Positions 1 to 10,407 of a stretch of 64,000 nucleotides of DNA are shown piece after piece. The first letter of the stretch is position 1; each line of letters opens with the position of its first letter. The position numbers and the translations under genes were made by a program. Below the pieces are notes generated by a model. It ran no database searches, was not told the DNA's origin, and saw only the letters and a program-made list of their open reading frames with translations. The DNA is from an uncultured delta proteobacterium (GTDB lineage: Bacteria; Desulfobacterota; Desulfobacteria; Desulfobacterales; Desulfatirhabdiaceae), in contig CAWBKP010000012.1 in the NCBI GenBank assembly GCA_963789395.1, positions 288,001 through 352,000 on the forward strand. Reading direction: 5' to 3'.

Positions 1-1207
1 GATAGGCCGTTGCAATGGCTTCCTTGACAGAATCCCCGAGTGCCGTGACACCGAGGACTCTTCCGCCACTGGTCACAACGGATCCGATGGTCCCGTTCGC
101 AAAAGATGTTCCTGCGTGAAACACGATGACATTCTTCATTTTTCGCACATCTTCAAGTCCAAAAATCGGTATGCCTTTTGAATATGCACCGGGATAGCCC
201 CCGGAAGCCATGACCACGCATACCGATGCCCGAGCATCGATGTCGAGTTTGCATTTGTCAAGCCTGCCATCGATCACCGCCTCCATAATGTCAATAATAT
301 CATTTTTGATGCGGATCAACAGGGGCTGGGCCTCAGGATCGCCAAACCGGGCATTGAATTCCAGGACTCTGATCCTGTCGTTATCAATCATCAGGCCGGC
401 GTAAAGAACCCCCTTGTAAGGGCGCCCCTCTGCTGCCATGCCGTTTACGGTCGGTATCATGATCTCCGACATGATTCTTTTATGGAGAGCTGCATCCACC
501 ACAGGCGCCGGAGAATAGGCGCCCATGCCGCCGGTGTTGGGCCCTTGGTCATTATCGAAAACCGCTTTATGATCCTGGGAGGACGGCAGGGCAAGGACGG
601 TTTTCCCGTCTGTAAACGCCAGAAACGAGGCTTCTTCGCCGGTTAAAAATTCTTCGATAATCACTTTCTTTCCGGCTTCACCATAAGCCAGATCCAGCAT
701 GATAAGCTTGAGGGCGCCAAGCGCCTCATCCACATTCTGACAGACCACAACGCCTTTTCCGGCAGCCAGTCCGTCGGCCTTTACCACCAGGGGAAAAGCC
801 GATTTTTTAATATATGCTTCCGCCTTTTCATACCGGGTAAAGGATTTACTTTCGGCCGTCGGTATCCCGTATTTATTCATCAGGGATTTTGCGAAGGTTT
901 TGCTGGATTCAATTTCAGCCGCCTTACGGCTGGCACCGAATACTTTGAGTCCTTTTTTCTGAAAAATATCCACAATTCCGAGTGAAAGCGGACCTTCCGG
1001 CCCCACAATCGTTAAATCGATGGCTTCTTTTTTGGCAAACTGAACCAGTTTTTCGATCTCTTCAGCACCAATGGGAACAAGGGTGGCCAGATCCGCAATC
1101 CCGGCATTGCCGGGGGCACAGAATATTTTTTTCACCCGCTTACTCTGCGCAATTTTCCAAATCAGGGCGTGTTCCCTGCCCCCTCCGCCAACGACCAGAA
1201 TTTTCAT
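1..1207 (-). CDS. purD: Phosphoribosylamine--glycine ligase (3' end runs off window)
   Basis: Manual translation from ATG at 1207: MKILVVGGGGREHALIWKIAQS...APGNAG; later QDHK, GPNTGGMGAYSP and EFNARFGDPE. SD AGGAGG upstream. Not in the ORF track because it is open at the window edge. Confidence 0.97.
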   Translation of the reverse strand, partial: MKILVVGGGGREHALIWKIAQSKRVKKIFCAPGNAGIADLATLVPIGAEEIEKLVQFAKKEAIDLTIVGPEGPLSLGIVDIFQKKGLKVFGASRKAAEIESSKTFAKSLMNKYGIPTAESKSFTRYEKAEAYIKKSAFPLVVKADGLAAGKGVVVCQNVDEALGALKLIMLDLAYGEAGKKVIIEEFLTGEEASFLAFTDGKTVLALPSSQDHKAVFDNDQGPNTGGMGAYSPAPVVDAALHKRIMSEIMIPTVNGMAAEGRPYKGVLYAGLMIDNDRIRVLEFNARFGDPEAQPLLIRIKNDIIDIMEAVIDGRLDKCKLDIDARASVCVVMASGGYPGAYSKGIPIFGLEDVRKMKNVIVFHAGTSFANGTIGSVVTSGGRVLGVTALGDSVKEAIATAY

Positions 1208-1628
1208 GGATATCCCTCCTTTGATGAAAATGGGTTTAATCTGTGGCGCCCTGCCCGTTCACTTTTAAATGGAAAAACTACCACATATTCGAGAGAGGCT
1301 GCAATAATCTTTTCATCAAATTGGCACGAATGTATGGCAAACGTTTCAGTCCGCCGTTCATGTCCTGTTTGGGGGACGCGCATGAATAAATTAAGGATTG
1401 CAACATAACAATTCATGATATATAATAAAGGGCTTTATAAGATTGATAGCTGCGTAAAATCCAATATCTGCATTGAGTTTCATCTCTGTCATTGCGGCGT
1501 TCAACCGTCTCTTGCAGCGGATTTGCTCGTCTTGATCTTGAATTTTTACTTTGTCATTCCAATTCATCCGAATTGATCGTTTTCCACTCACAAAAAACAG
1601 GAATACCCATCTAGTCATGAAATCCGTA

Positions 1629-3446
1629 ATGAAAAATGAACACATTCGAAACATTGCCATCATCGCCCATGTCGATCATGGAAAAACCACCCTGGTAGAC
1701 GCCATGTTCCGGCAATGCGGACTGTTTCGCGAAAACCAGGATGTAAACGACCGCATCATGGACAACATGGATCTGGAGCGGGAACGCGGAATCACCATCG
1801 CTGCCAAGAACTGCTCGGTCATCTGGAAAGGGATCAAGATCAACATCATCGACACCCCCGGACATGCCGATTTCGGCGGCGAGGTGGAGCGCGCCCTGTC
1901 CATGGCTGATGGCGCCCTGCTCCTGGTGGATGCCTCCGAAGGACCCCTGCCGCAGACCCGCTTTGTGCTGAAAAAAACCTTTGAGGCCGACCTTCCTGTC
2001 ATCGTGGTGGTCAACAAGATTGACCGCAAGGACGCCAGACCCGCGGAAATTCTGGATGAAATCTACGATCTGTTCATTGACCTGGACGCACCCGAGGATC
2101 AGCTTGATTTTCCGCTGATGTATGCCATCGGCCGTGAAGGAATTGCACAGGCGTCTCTTGACGAAAAAGGCGCCAATCTTCATCCCCTTTTCGATATGAT
2201 TGTCGATTTCATCCCCGCCCCCACCTATGACCCTGAAGAACCTTTTCAGATGCTGGTATCGGATCTGGGGTATTCGGATTACCTGGGCAGGCTGGCCATC
2301 GGAAAAATCGTCAACGGCAGGGTCAAATCAAATGACAGCCTGGTCTGCATCGATGACCAGGGCAGACAGAATCCCCTTAAAGTCACCCGGCTTCAGACCT
2401 ATCAGGGCCTGACCTTCTGCGAAGCCACGGAGGTCGAGCCCGGAGACATCATCGTGCTGTCAGGTATCGAAGATGTCAAGATCGGCGACACGATCTGCAA
2501 CCGCAGCTATCCCAAAGCCTTGAAACGCATTACCGTGGACGAGCCCACCGTATCCATGGAGTTTGGAATCAACAACTCGCCGTTCAGCGGCAAGGAAGGC
2601 AAATATGTTCAGTCCAGCAAAATCCGGGAGCGCCTGTACAAGGAAACCCTGATGAACGTGGGGATCAAGGTCGAGGAAACCGAGAACAAGGAGATTTTTA
2701 CCGTTAAAGGCCGCGGCGAATTTCAAATGGCCATTCTGATCGAGACCATGCGCCGGGAAGGTTTCGAGCTGTGCGTGGGCAGGCCCAATGTCATCTACAA
2801 ATTCAAAGACGGCAAGCAGCTTGAACCCATCGAACGGTTTTTTGTGGACTGCGACGAAAGTTTCATGGGGATTGTCACGGAAAAGCTCTCCAACCGGAAA
2901 GGGAAAATGATCAACCTGGTCAACAACGGCAAGGGCCGGGTGCGGATCGAATTCAGTGTTCCCTCACGGTCCCTGATCGGATACCGGGATGAATTTCTGA
3001 CCGACACCAAGGGAACCGGCATCATGAATTCGTATTTTTCCGGATACGAGGAATACAGAGGGGATTTCCCCACCCGCTTTACCGGCTCCATCGTTGCGGA
3101 CAGACAAGGAGTTGCCGTGCCTTACGCCCTGTTCAATCTGGAACCCAGGGGCCAGCTGTGCGTAGTTGCCGGAACGCCGGTTTATGAAGGCATGATCGTC
3201 GGCGAGCATAACCGGGACAACGACATCAATGTCAATGCCTGCAAGGAAAAGAAGCTGACCAATATGCGGGCTTCCGGAAAGGACGATCACGTGCTGCTCT
3301 CGCCGGTAAAGCCCATGACACTTGAGCGGGCCATTCACTTTATCCGGGACGATGAGCTGGTTGAGGTCACCCCCAAATCCATTCGCCTCAGAAAAACCAT
3401 CCTGGATGCCCATCAAGCGGCATACGATCCGGGCGGCAAAACTTAA
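1629..3446 (+). CDS. typA: Translational GTPase TypA/BipA
   Basis: RNIAIIAHVDHGKTTLVD, ERERGITI, DTPGHADFGGEVER, NKID, KKLTNMRASG. Start may be 1617 or 1629. A probable +1 indel near 3410 would move the true stop to 3459. Confidence 0.97.
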   Translation: MKNEHIRNIAIIAHVDHGKTTLVDAMFRQCGLFRENQDVNDRIMDNMDLERERGITIAAKNCSVIWKGIKINIIDTPGHADFGGEVERALSMADGALLLVDASEGPLPQTRFVLKKTFEADLPVIVVVNKIDRKDARPAEILDEIYDLFIDLDAPEDQLDFPLMYAIGREGIAQASLDEKGANLHPLFDMIVDFIPAPTYDPEEPFQMLVSDLGYSDYLGRLAIGKIVNGRVKSNDSLVCIDDQGRQNPLKVTRLQTYQGLTFCEATEVEPGDIIVLSGIEDVKIGDTICNRSYPKALKRITVDEPTVSMEFGINNSPFSGKEGKYVQSSKIRERLYKETLMNVGIKVEETENKEIFTVKGRGEFQMAILIETMRREGFELCVGRPNVIYKFKDGKQLEPIERFFVDCDESFMGIVTEKLSNRKGKMINLVNNGKGRVRIEFSVPSRSLIGYRDEFLTDTKGTGIMNSYFSGYEEYRGDFPTRFTGSIVADRQGVAVPYALFNLEPRGQLCVVAGTPVYEGMIVGEHNRDNDINVNACKEKKLTNMRASGKDDHVLLSPVKPMTLERAIHFIRDDELVEVTPKSIRLRKTILDAHQAAYDPGGKT

Positions 3447-3455
3447 AGAAACGGA

Positions 3456-5207
3456 TTAAGAAAGATTGCCCTCGGGGGTCCATCCGCGAAGACGGTAATA
3501 GTCCTGTGTCAGCCTTTTCATTTCTTCGCGGGTGATGCTGCCGCCGGTTTCGAGCGGTTCTTTGAAAAACCGCTCCGGAAGCCGGTCGTCTGCTGCCGTA
3601 AGGCCTTCCTGTAAATTGAAGCGCCGGGCGCTGTCGGTTACCCGTTTTGCAAGGGACACCAGCCCTGTTTTATCCAGTTTAAGGCCCGTGGTCAGAAAAA
3701 TGATCGTGGACAACTCCTCCCAGGTGTAAAAATCCCGGTAGAACCGGCACGTGATCAGGCAGTCATGAAGGGTGCAGCGATCCTCGAAATCCAGAAACAG
3801 TTCGGCCTTGCCGTCATGCTGATTCGGGTCGATGAGGCCTGCCAGCTCCGCCTTGTAGAACGTGCTTCGTAAATGGCAGGCGCCCCTGTCGCTGACCGCA
3901 TAGGCAAGGCCCATTCCCTTCAGGATTCTGGGATCGTATCCTGCGGGTTCCATTCCCTTGACATGAACCGCGATATCTTCAAGCCCCAGTTCGGCGCTGG
4001 CGGTTTTAATGCCTTCTGCCAGAATCGCCCCGATGCCTTCCCTTCGGGATATTTTCTGAAGAATATCCGCAACATGATCCGCATTTCCGTATGCCAGAGA
4101 TTCCTTGATCTTTCCCCGGATCGAAGCTTCAATGGCAAAGGCTGCCATATTTCCTGCCGTGATGGTATCGATGCCCAGCCGGTCGCACAGATCGTTCAAA
4201 TACGCGATTTCCTCGATCTGATCGATCATGCAGAGCCCCCCGAACGCATACAGGGTTTCATATTCGGGCCCTTCCAGCTTCAGGCCTTTATGCCTGCCTT
4301 CCTGAACCTCGATATATTTGCCGCATCCCATAAAACAGCTCAAACAGGCCTTTGGCCGGGCATTGCAGCGCGCCTTCATGCTGTCGGCACTGATATTCTC
4401 CCAACCGTCCATCCTGCCGGAAGCCCAGTACCGGGTGGGAAAAGCGCCGGCCGTGTTCAGAAGGGCCACCATCATCGGGGTGCCATGATTGCGGTATGCT
4501 TCCGTGGCCTTGTGATCCTTTAGCTTTTTCAGCGTTTCTTTTGCATAAGCCTTGATCCCGTCGGGATCGGCAAAGGGCCGCATCCGGCTGCCGTGAAACA
4601 CCACGGCCTTGATGTGCTTGGATCCCATCACCGCGCCCATGCCGGTTCTGCCGGCCGAGCGCCAGTAATCGTTTTCAATGACGGCAAACCGGACCCGGTT
4701 TTCCCCGGCCGGACCGATCACCATGGCGCCGCTGTCGCTTGAGGTTGCAAGGCTTTTTACTGTTTTTTCCGTTTCGTAGCTATCTTTTCCCCACAGCGAG
4801 GCGGCATCGTGAAACCGTACCTCGGTATCGGATATCTCCAGCCAGACGGGTTTTTCCGAGCGTCCCCGAATAACAAAGGCATCGTAACCCGTCCGGCTCA
4901 TGGGTATGGCGATCTTTCCGCCGGAATACGACGCGCCGTAAAAACCGGTCAGCGGCGATTTGGAAAAAATGCCATGCCGGCAGGAGCCGTAAATGGCACT
5001 GTCGGTGACCGGCCCCAGCGCCACAATCAGATGGTTGTCCGGAGAAAACGGATCGACCCCGGGAGGATTGTACTTTAAGAGGAGCTGGGTTCCCAGCCCT
5101 TTGCCGCCCAGTCCCGTTTCAAGAACCTCATCCGATAGCTTCTCAACCCGGGTGGTCTTGTCCGTCATGTCAATAATCAGCAGTCGCCCGAAAAAACCTT
5201 TCATCAC
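3456..5207 (-). CDS. aor: Aldehyde:ferredoxin oxidoreductase family (W/Mo-pterin, 4Fe-4S)
   Basis: GLGGKGLG, KSPLTG, IGPAGEN, GRTGMGAVMGSK, CxxCxxxC (CLSCFMGC), GPEYET, DRLGIDTI, RGACH motifs. Confidence 0.93.
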   Translation of the reverse strand: MMKGFFGRLLIIDMTDKTTRVEKLSDEVLETGLGGKGLGTQLLLKYNPPGVDPFSPDNHLIVALGPVTDSAIYGSCRHGIFSKSPLTGFYGASYSGGKIAIPMSRTGYDAFVIRGRSEKPVWLEISDTEVRFHDAASLWGKDSYETEKTVKSLATSSDSGAMVIGPAGENRVRFAVIENDYWRSAGRTGMGAVMGSKHIKAVVFHGSRMRPFADPDGIKAYAKETLKKLKDHKATEAYRNHGTPMMVALLNTAGAFPTRYWASGRMDGWENISADSMKARCNARPKACLSCFMGCGKYIEVQEGRHKGLKLEGPEYETLYAFGGLCMIDQIEEIAYLNDLCDRLGIDTITAGNMAAFAIEASIRGKIKESLAYGNADHVADILQKISRREGIGAILAEGIKTASAELGLEDIAVHVKGMEPAGYDPRILKGMGLAYAVSDRGACHLRSTFYKAELAGLIDPNQHDGKAELFLDFEDRCTLHDCLITCRFYRDFYTWEELSTIIFLTTGLKLDKTGLVSLAKRVTDSARRFNLQEGLTAADDRLPERFFKEPLETGGSITREEMKRLTQDYYRLRGWTPEGNLS

Positions 5208-5276
5208 AGTCCCTTTCCAGTAATATAGGGGCTGAAAGCAGAAAAGAGCAAATCTTCAGCCTTCAGCCTTTTTGCC

Positions 5277-6581
5277 TTAAACCGTCAACTCACTCAGCGT
5301 TTCTTCAAAAATCGACATCCCCTTGTCCAGCTGTTCATCGGTGATCACCAGCGGCATCAGGGTGCGGATCACGTTGCTCTTATGGCCGCAGGACAGCAGA
5401 ACCAGGCCTTTTTCATAGCAGGAAGCCAATATTTTTTTGGTCTCTTCGGTTGCCGGCGCCTTGGTGTTACGATCCTTGACCAGTTCAAGCGCGATCATGG
5501 GACCCTTGCCGCGGACATCCCCGATGATTTCATACTTCTCCTTCATGACCAGAAAGCGTTTCCATAGCTTTTCGCCAAGAGACTCGGCCTTCTGCAGGAG
5601 CTTATCTTCAAACAGCACATCCAGAACCGCCAGGGCCGCCCGGCAGGCGATTGGGTTTCCGGCATACGTACCACCCAGACCGCCGACATGGGGCTTGTCC
5701 ATCATTTCCTTCCGTCCGATAACAGCGCTCAAAGGCAGCCCGCCACCCAGACTTTTGGCCAGGGTAATGATATCCGGCGCTATGCCCCAGTGGTCGATGG
5801 CAAACATTTTGCCGGTTCGTCCGGCGCCCGTCTGCACCTCATCAATGATCAGGGCAATGCCGTATTTCTGACAGATGCTCTGAAGTTTGGGGAAATATTC
5901 CGGTGGGGGGGTGACAAATCCACCCTCTCCCTGAATGGGTTCGGCAATCACCGCAGCCGTAGACTCCGCTGACACGTAGGCCGTGAAAAAATCTTCCAGG
6001 TAGTCTGCGCAGGCTGTGCCGCAGGAAGGGTAGGAAAGCCCGAAGGGGCATCGGTAGCAGTAAGCGTAAGGCATGCGATAGACTTCCGGTGCAAAGGGGC
6101 CGAAACCGAATTTATAGGGCTTCACCTTGCTCGTCAGGGTCATGGTCAGCAGGGTCCGGCCGTGAAACGCGTTTTCAAAGCTTATGACCGCGGGCCTTCC
6201 CGTGGCATATCTGGCAACCTTCACGGCATTTTCAACCGCTTCCGCGCCGCTGTTGGCAAACATGGTCATTTTGGGAAAATCGCCGGGCGCAAGGGCATTG
6301 AGTTTGGCGGCCAGTTGCAGGTAAGGTTCATACATGGCCACGTGAAAACACGTGTGAATGTATTTTTCAGCCTGATCCTTGATGGCTGCAACCACCCGTG
6401 GATGGCAGTGGCCCACATTGTTGACGCCGATGCCGCCAGCAAAATCGATGAGTTCCCGGCCATCCACATCGATCATCACTGCGCCTTTGGCCTCCCGGAT
6501 AAAAGCTGAGGTGATATTAAACGGTCCCTGAGGAATATGTTGCTTTCTAAGATCCAGTAGTTCCTGTATTGAGTTGGTCAT
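5277..6581 (-). CDS. gabT: 4-aminobutyrate aminotransferase (class III PLP aminotransferase)
   Basis: DFAGGIGVNNVGH, NSGAEAVENAVK, FHGRT, EPIQGEGGF, DEVQTGAGRTG, AKSLGGG, GGTYAGNP. SD AAGGAG before ATG at 6581. Confidence 0.9.
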   Translation of the reverse strand: MTNSIQELLDLRKQHIPQGPFNITSAFIREAKGAVMIDVDGRELIDFAGGIGVNNVGHCHPRVVAAIKDQAEKYIHTCFHVAMYEPYLQLAAKLNALAPGDFPKMTMFANSGAEAVENAVKVARYATGRPAVISFENAFHGRTLLTMTLTSKVKPYKFGFGPFAPEVYRMPYAYCYRCPFGLSYPSCGTACADYLEDFFTAYVSAESTAAVIAEPIQGEGGFVTPPPEYFPKLQSICQKYGIALIIDEVQTGAGRTGKMFAIDHWGIAPDIITLAKSLGGGLPLSAVIGRKEMMDKPHVGGLGGTYAGNPIACRAALAVLDVLFEDKLLQKAESLGEKLWKRFLVMKEKYEIIGDVRGKGPMIALELVKDRNTKAPATEETKKILASCYEKGLVLLSCGHKSNVIRTLMPLVITDEQLDKGMSIFEETLSELTV

Positions 6582-6665
6582 TGATTTCTCCTTTTGTATT
6601 TTTTTGTTAATATCCATTATGCGTATTGAGGGTAGTATGATTAAATCACGTCACATTTGTAATCT

Positions 6666-6681
6666 CGCAAAGAATATACCA
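6666..6681 (-). promoter_or_regulatory. Sigma-54 (-24/-12) promoter of gabT-aor
   Basis: Minus strand reads TGGTAT-ATTCT-TTGCG, with correct GG-N10-GC spacing, about 85 bp upstream of gabT. Confidence 0.75.
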
Positions 6682-6801
6682 TATCCGAAAAGAGGATTCT
6701 TTATCAATGAGCTGGCCGAAAAGCGGCACTGTCAGCATCGATTCAGAAGGTCGCTGTGCCGGGCTATCTATATTGTCATTCAAAAAAAATGCTTTCAATC
6801 C

Positions 6802-6836
6802 AATGCAGCGTTGCATTTAATATGCAATTGTGCATA
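6802..6836. promoter_or_regulatory. Tandem palindromic enhancer sites ATGCA-N4-TGCAT
   Basis: AATGCAGCGTTGCATT (6802-6817) and TATGCAATTGTGCATA (6821-6836), 120-155 bp upstream of the sigma-54 promoter. Confidence 0.7.
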
Positions 6837-6881
6837 TATTGAAGTAAAAACGCATGGATCCTTTCTGAACTGGAAATCCCG

Positions 6882-8678
6882 ATGCTTCAAGATAAAACCA
6901 GCAGCTTATCCCGGTCTTCCCTGATGGAGGAGCGGATTTATCCCGCCATTCTGGAAAAAATCAGGGATGCAGTCATTGCTGTTCATTCATCCGGAATGAT
7001 CAGTTATTTGAACCCGGCAGCAACCACCTGTTTCAACCTTAGTCTTGGTACGCAATTTGAAAGAGCATTTCCGGAGCTGAAACAGCAATTGATCCGAACC
7101 TTGAAAAATCAGCAGAATAGCCTGAATTTGAACGTAACAATCGATCAACGTCAATTTCTGGTCAATTTCTATGCTGTCCGTAAACAGGGTGAATCGACTG
7201 GGGCGTTGTGCGTAATGGAAAATCGCACGGAAATGAATCAGATCATTCAAAAAATGTTATCGTTTCAGGAGCTTTCCCGTGAGCTGGATACGATTATCGA
7301 CTCATCCTATGACGGGTTGTGGATTTGTGACGCCAAAGCAACGGTACTGCGGATCAATTCCGCCTCTGAGCGCCTGAACAATATTCGTGCAGCCGAAGTA
7401 GTCGGCCGCAACATGGCGGACCTGGTAGCGGAAGGATTCATCAACCGGTCCGCAACTCTCGAAGTGATAAAAACCGGGTCCACAGCAACAATGCTCCAGA
7501 ACACCAGTACCGGCCGCAAACTGATGATTACGGGAAGTCCCATCTTTAATGAAACCGGTGTCCTGGTTCGCGTGGTTGTCAACGAACGGGATATCACGGA
7601 AATTGATGCCCTGCATGAGGAGCTTCAGCGGCAGGAAGCCATCAAGAATCAATATCGAAATCACATGCTGGAAATGCAGCTTGCGGAAATGGAATCCCGA
7701 AGAATTATCGCCCGAAGCCCCTGCATGGCCAAGGTGCTGCAGCAGGCCATTAAGGTCAGCAAGGTGGATTCAACGGCCCTGATTCTGGGGGAATCCGGCG
7801 CCGGCAAGGAACTGATCGCGGATCTCATTCATAAGCATTCGAACCGGGCCAGCCAGCCCATGATCAAAATCAACTGCGGCGCCATTCCTGAATCCCTGGT
7901 TGAATCCGAGCTGTTCGGATATGAAAAAGGCGCATTTACCGGAGCCCTGAAACAGGGAAAGCCCGGATATCTCGAGCTGGCCCAGGATGGCCTGCTGTTT
8001 CTCGATGAAATCGCGGAACTTCCCCTGTCCTCCCAGGTCAAGCTTCTCCGGTTTCTGGAAGATGGCCTGGTTTGCCGGGTCGGCGGCGTCAAAAACCGAA
8101 AGCTGAATGTCCGCATTCTGGCGGCCACCAACCGGAGCCTGAAGGAAATGGTCAGCAACGGGGGATTTCGAAAAGATCTGTATTACCGGCTTCATGTCAT
8201 TCCGCTTCATGTACCGCCGCTCCGGGAACGTACAGAATGCATTCTGCCGCTGCTGCATCATTACCTTCATTTTTTTGCAGGTAAAATCGGCAAAACCGAA
8301 TCCATTCATCTTTCCAAACAGGTCACAGAAGCGCTGCTTTCCTATCCCTATCCTGGAAATGTCCGGGAGTTGATCAATATCTGTGAACGGGCAGTGGTCA
8401 TGAGCGAGGGAGAATGGATATCGCTTGACGATCTGCCCCGTGATGTGGCAGATTCCAGAAAGTCCAAAGAACTAACGGGTCTGATGGATTTGTCCCGAAA
8501 CTCCCTGAAAGAACTCATGGAACAATTTGAGCGCTCGGTTCTGGAAAAGGCGTCTGCTCAGTACGCAACCCAGGATAAAATCGCAAAAGCCCTGGGTGTA
8601 GATCAGGCGACCGTTGCCAGAAAATTAAAAAAATACGCAATGACGCTTCACACTTTAAAGTCCAATTCCATGCAATAA
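6882..8678 (+). CDS. PAS-domain sigma-54-dependent transcriptional activator
   Basis: Two PAS-like regions, GESGAGKE Walker A, ESELFGYEKGAFTGA, LFLDEI, FRKDLYYRL, YPGNVREL and a C-terminal HTH. Confidence 0.95.
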   Translation: MLQDKTSSLSRSSLMEERIYPAILEKIRDAVIAVHSSGMISYLNPAATTCFNLSLGTQFERAFPELKQQLIRTLKNQQNSLNLNVTIDQRQFLVNFYAVRKQGESTGALCVMENRTEMNQIIQKMLSFQELSRELDTIIDSSYDGLWICDAKATVLRINSASERLNNIRAAEVVGRNMADLVAEGFINRSATLEVIKTGSTATMLQNTSTGRKLMITGSPIFNETGVLVRVVVNERDITEIDALHEELQRQEAIKNQYRNHMLEMQLAEMESRRIIARSPCMAKVLQQAIKVSKVDSTALILGESGAGKELIADLIHKHSNRASQPMIKINCGAIPESLVESELFGYEKGAFTGALKQGKPGYLELAQDGLLFLDEIAELPLSSQVKLLRFLEDGLVCRVGGVKNRKLNVRILAATNRSLKEMVSNGGFRKDLYYRLHVIPLHVPPLRERTECILPLLHHYLHFFAGKIGKTESIHLSKQVTEALLSYPYPGNVRELINICERAVVMSEGEWISLDDLPRDVADSRKSKELTGLMDLSRNSLKELMEQFERSVLEKASAQYATQDKIAKALGVDQATVARKLKKYAMTLHTLKSNSMQ

Positions 8679-8687
8679 GATCAACGG

Positions 8688-8717
8688 AACATATTATGCA
8701 ATATTGCATAATATGTT
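8688..8717. promoter_or_regulatory. Perfect 30-bp palindrome with ATGCA-N4-TGCAT core
   Basis: AACATATTATGCAATATTGCATAATATGTT equals its own reverse complement and has the same core as the 6802-6836 sites. Confidence 0.7.
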
Positions 8718-9028
8718 TATTCTGCTTTATTGGATGTTCTGCCCCGTCAGAGACAAGGCGTGCTGTCCCGGAGACAATCCTGATTTCTGGACTGAACCGA
8801 GCCAAATGCTGTTAATGCCAATGTCCATTCCAGTTTTATGTTGCACTATCCGTCTTCTCGTTTCTTTATTATCAGATTTAAACTTACATTATTGTTGTTT
8901 ATCAGTCCATTTTCATACATCGAATGAGTTTTAAATATTTTTTGTCATTTTTTTTAACAGTTCTGATTAATCATCAATTTCAGATAGTTTTATTCAGCCC
9001 GGTTACCTTGAAAACCCGTCTTGTGCTG

Positions 9029-9044
9029 TGGCATATAGATTGCA
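9029..9044 (+). promoter_or_regulatory. Sigma-54 promoter of the ABC transporter operon
   Basis: TGGCAT-ATAGA-TTGCA about 70 bp upstream of the ATG at 9114. Confidence 0.8.
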
Positions 9045-9113
9045 GTGAATACCCATCACAGCTCGCTGTATCGTTGTCTTGTATTAATTAACATTCTACT
9101 ATAGGAGGCAAGC

Positions 9114-10349
9114 ATGAAGGGAATAACAAAATTACTGGCATTATTATTGGTTTTAGCATTATCAGTACCAGTGTGGGCGGATGAAGCGCGCGACTTTTTC
9201 AAGGTCGGTGTGATCACCTCTCTTTCCGGAAGTCTGGCCACTGGCGGCAATGTCACCAAGCGCGGTTATGATCTCTGGGCGGATGCCGTGAATGCCGCAG
9301 GCGGTATTGAAATTCAGGGTAAAAAATACCCCGTGAAACTCTTTTATGGAGACGATCAGTCCGAACCGGCCCAAGGCGCATCCGCAGCAGAGCGGTTGGC
9401 CTCCCAGGAGAAAGTGGACTTTGTTCTGGGTCCCTATGCTTCCGGCCTGACCCTGGCTGCAGCCCCGGTTCTGGAAAAATTTAAAATCCCCATGATCACC
9501 GGTTCCGCGGAATCTCCCATGATCTGGAAAGAAAAATTCCGATACACCTTCGGCACCATTCCACCGGTGAATTATACCGGCTCAGCGCCCATCAACACGA
9601 TAGCAAACCTGAATCCCAAACCCAAAACCGCCCTCATATTAGGCTCCAACGACACATTTTCCAAAGCCACTGCCGAGGCATTTCAGGATGCGGCTGTCAA
9701 GGCTGGAATCAAGGTTCTCAAATTCAATATCGTTCCTTCCGGACAAGACCTGATTCCCTATCTGTCAGCCGCCAAAGCCATGCAGCCGGACCTTATCGCT
9801 TTTGGCGGACATGATGAAGAACTGATAAAACTGGTCAAAGCCCTGAATCAGATCAATTACACACCCAAAGCGCTTTTGATGCACTATGGCGTCACCGAGC
9901 CTGCGTTTATCGAAGCACTTGGGAAGAACGCGGATCAGGTTTTCGGCGCATCCGTCTGGACCGAAACCATTAAAACCAAGGGTGAAGTGCTGTGGCCGGA
10001 TGCCAAAAGTTATGCCGATGCCGCGATGAAAGCCTACAATGTACCGGCCGATTATACTCAAGCGGGTTCTTCCGCCGCCGGGATCGCCTTTCAGATGGCG
10101 TTGATCAAGATCAATGCCGTGCCTCCCCTGGATGAGAAAAAACGGGACGAATTGGTCGGCGCGCTTGAGAAGTTGAAAGTTCAGTCTTTCTACGGCCAGA
10201 TCAGCTTTGCCACCGAAGGCCAGTTCTACCATGCCAATGTCGGCCTCACTCCGCTGACCATCCAGATTCAAAACGGGAAAGTCGTTGTGGTTGGCCCGGA
10301 CAATCTGGCGGAAAGCAAGCCGATATATCCCATGAAAGCCAAGAAATAA
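9114..10349 (+). CDS. Liv/HAAT-family ABC substrate-binding protein
   Basis: Signal peptide; KVGVITSLSG, VNAAGGI, GDDQSEP, LGPYASG; heads a permease/ATPase operon. Confidence 0.9.
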   Translation: MKGITKLLALLLVLALSVPVWADEARDFFKVGVITSLSGSLATGGNVTKRGYDLWADAVNAAGGIEIQGKKYPVKLFYGDDQSEPAQGASAAERLASQEKVDFVLGPYASGLTLAAAPVLEKFKIPMITGSAESPMIWKEKFRYTFGTIPPVNYTGSAPINTIANLNPKPKTALILGSNDTFSKATAEAFQDAAVKAGIKVLKFNIVPSGQDLIPYLSAAKAMQPDLIAFGGHDEELIKLVKALNQINYTPKALLMHYGVTEPAFIEALGKNADQVFGASVWTETIKTKGEVLWPDAKSYADAAMKAYNVPADYTQAGSSAAGIAFQMALIKINAVPPLDEKKRDELVGALEKLKVQSFYGQISFATEGQFYHANVGLTPLTIQIQNGKVVVVGPDNLAESKPIYPMKAKK

Positions 10350-10407
10350 GGTTTTTTTGCAACGTATCAGTTCAGGTGGATAAACTGAAATTTTAATCGC
10401 AAAAATA

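Noticed and set aside
1321..1340. TTGGCACG upstream of typA as a sigma-54 promoter
   Set aside because: No GC at the required GG-N10-GC spacing.
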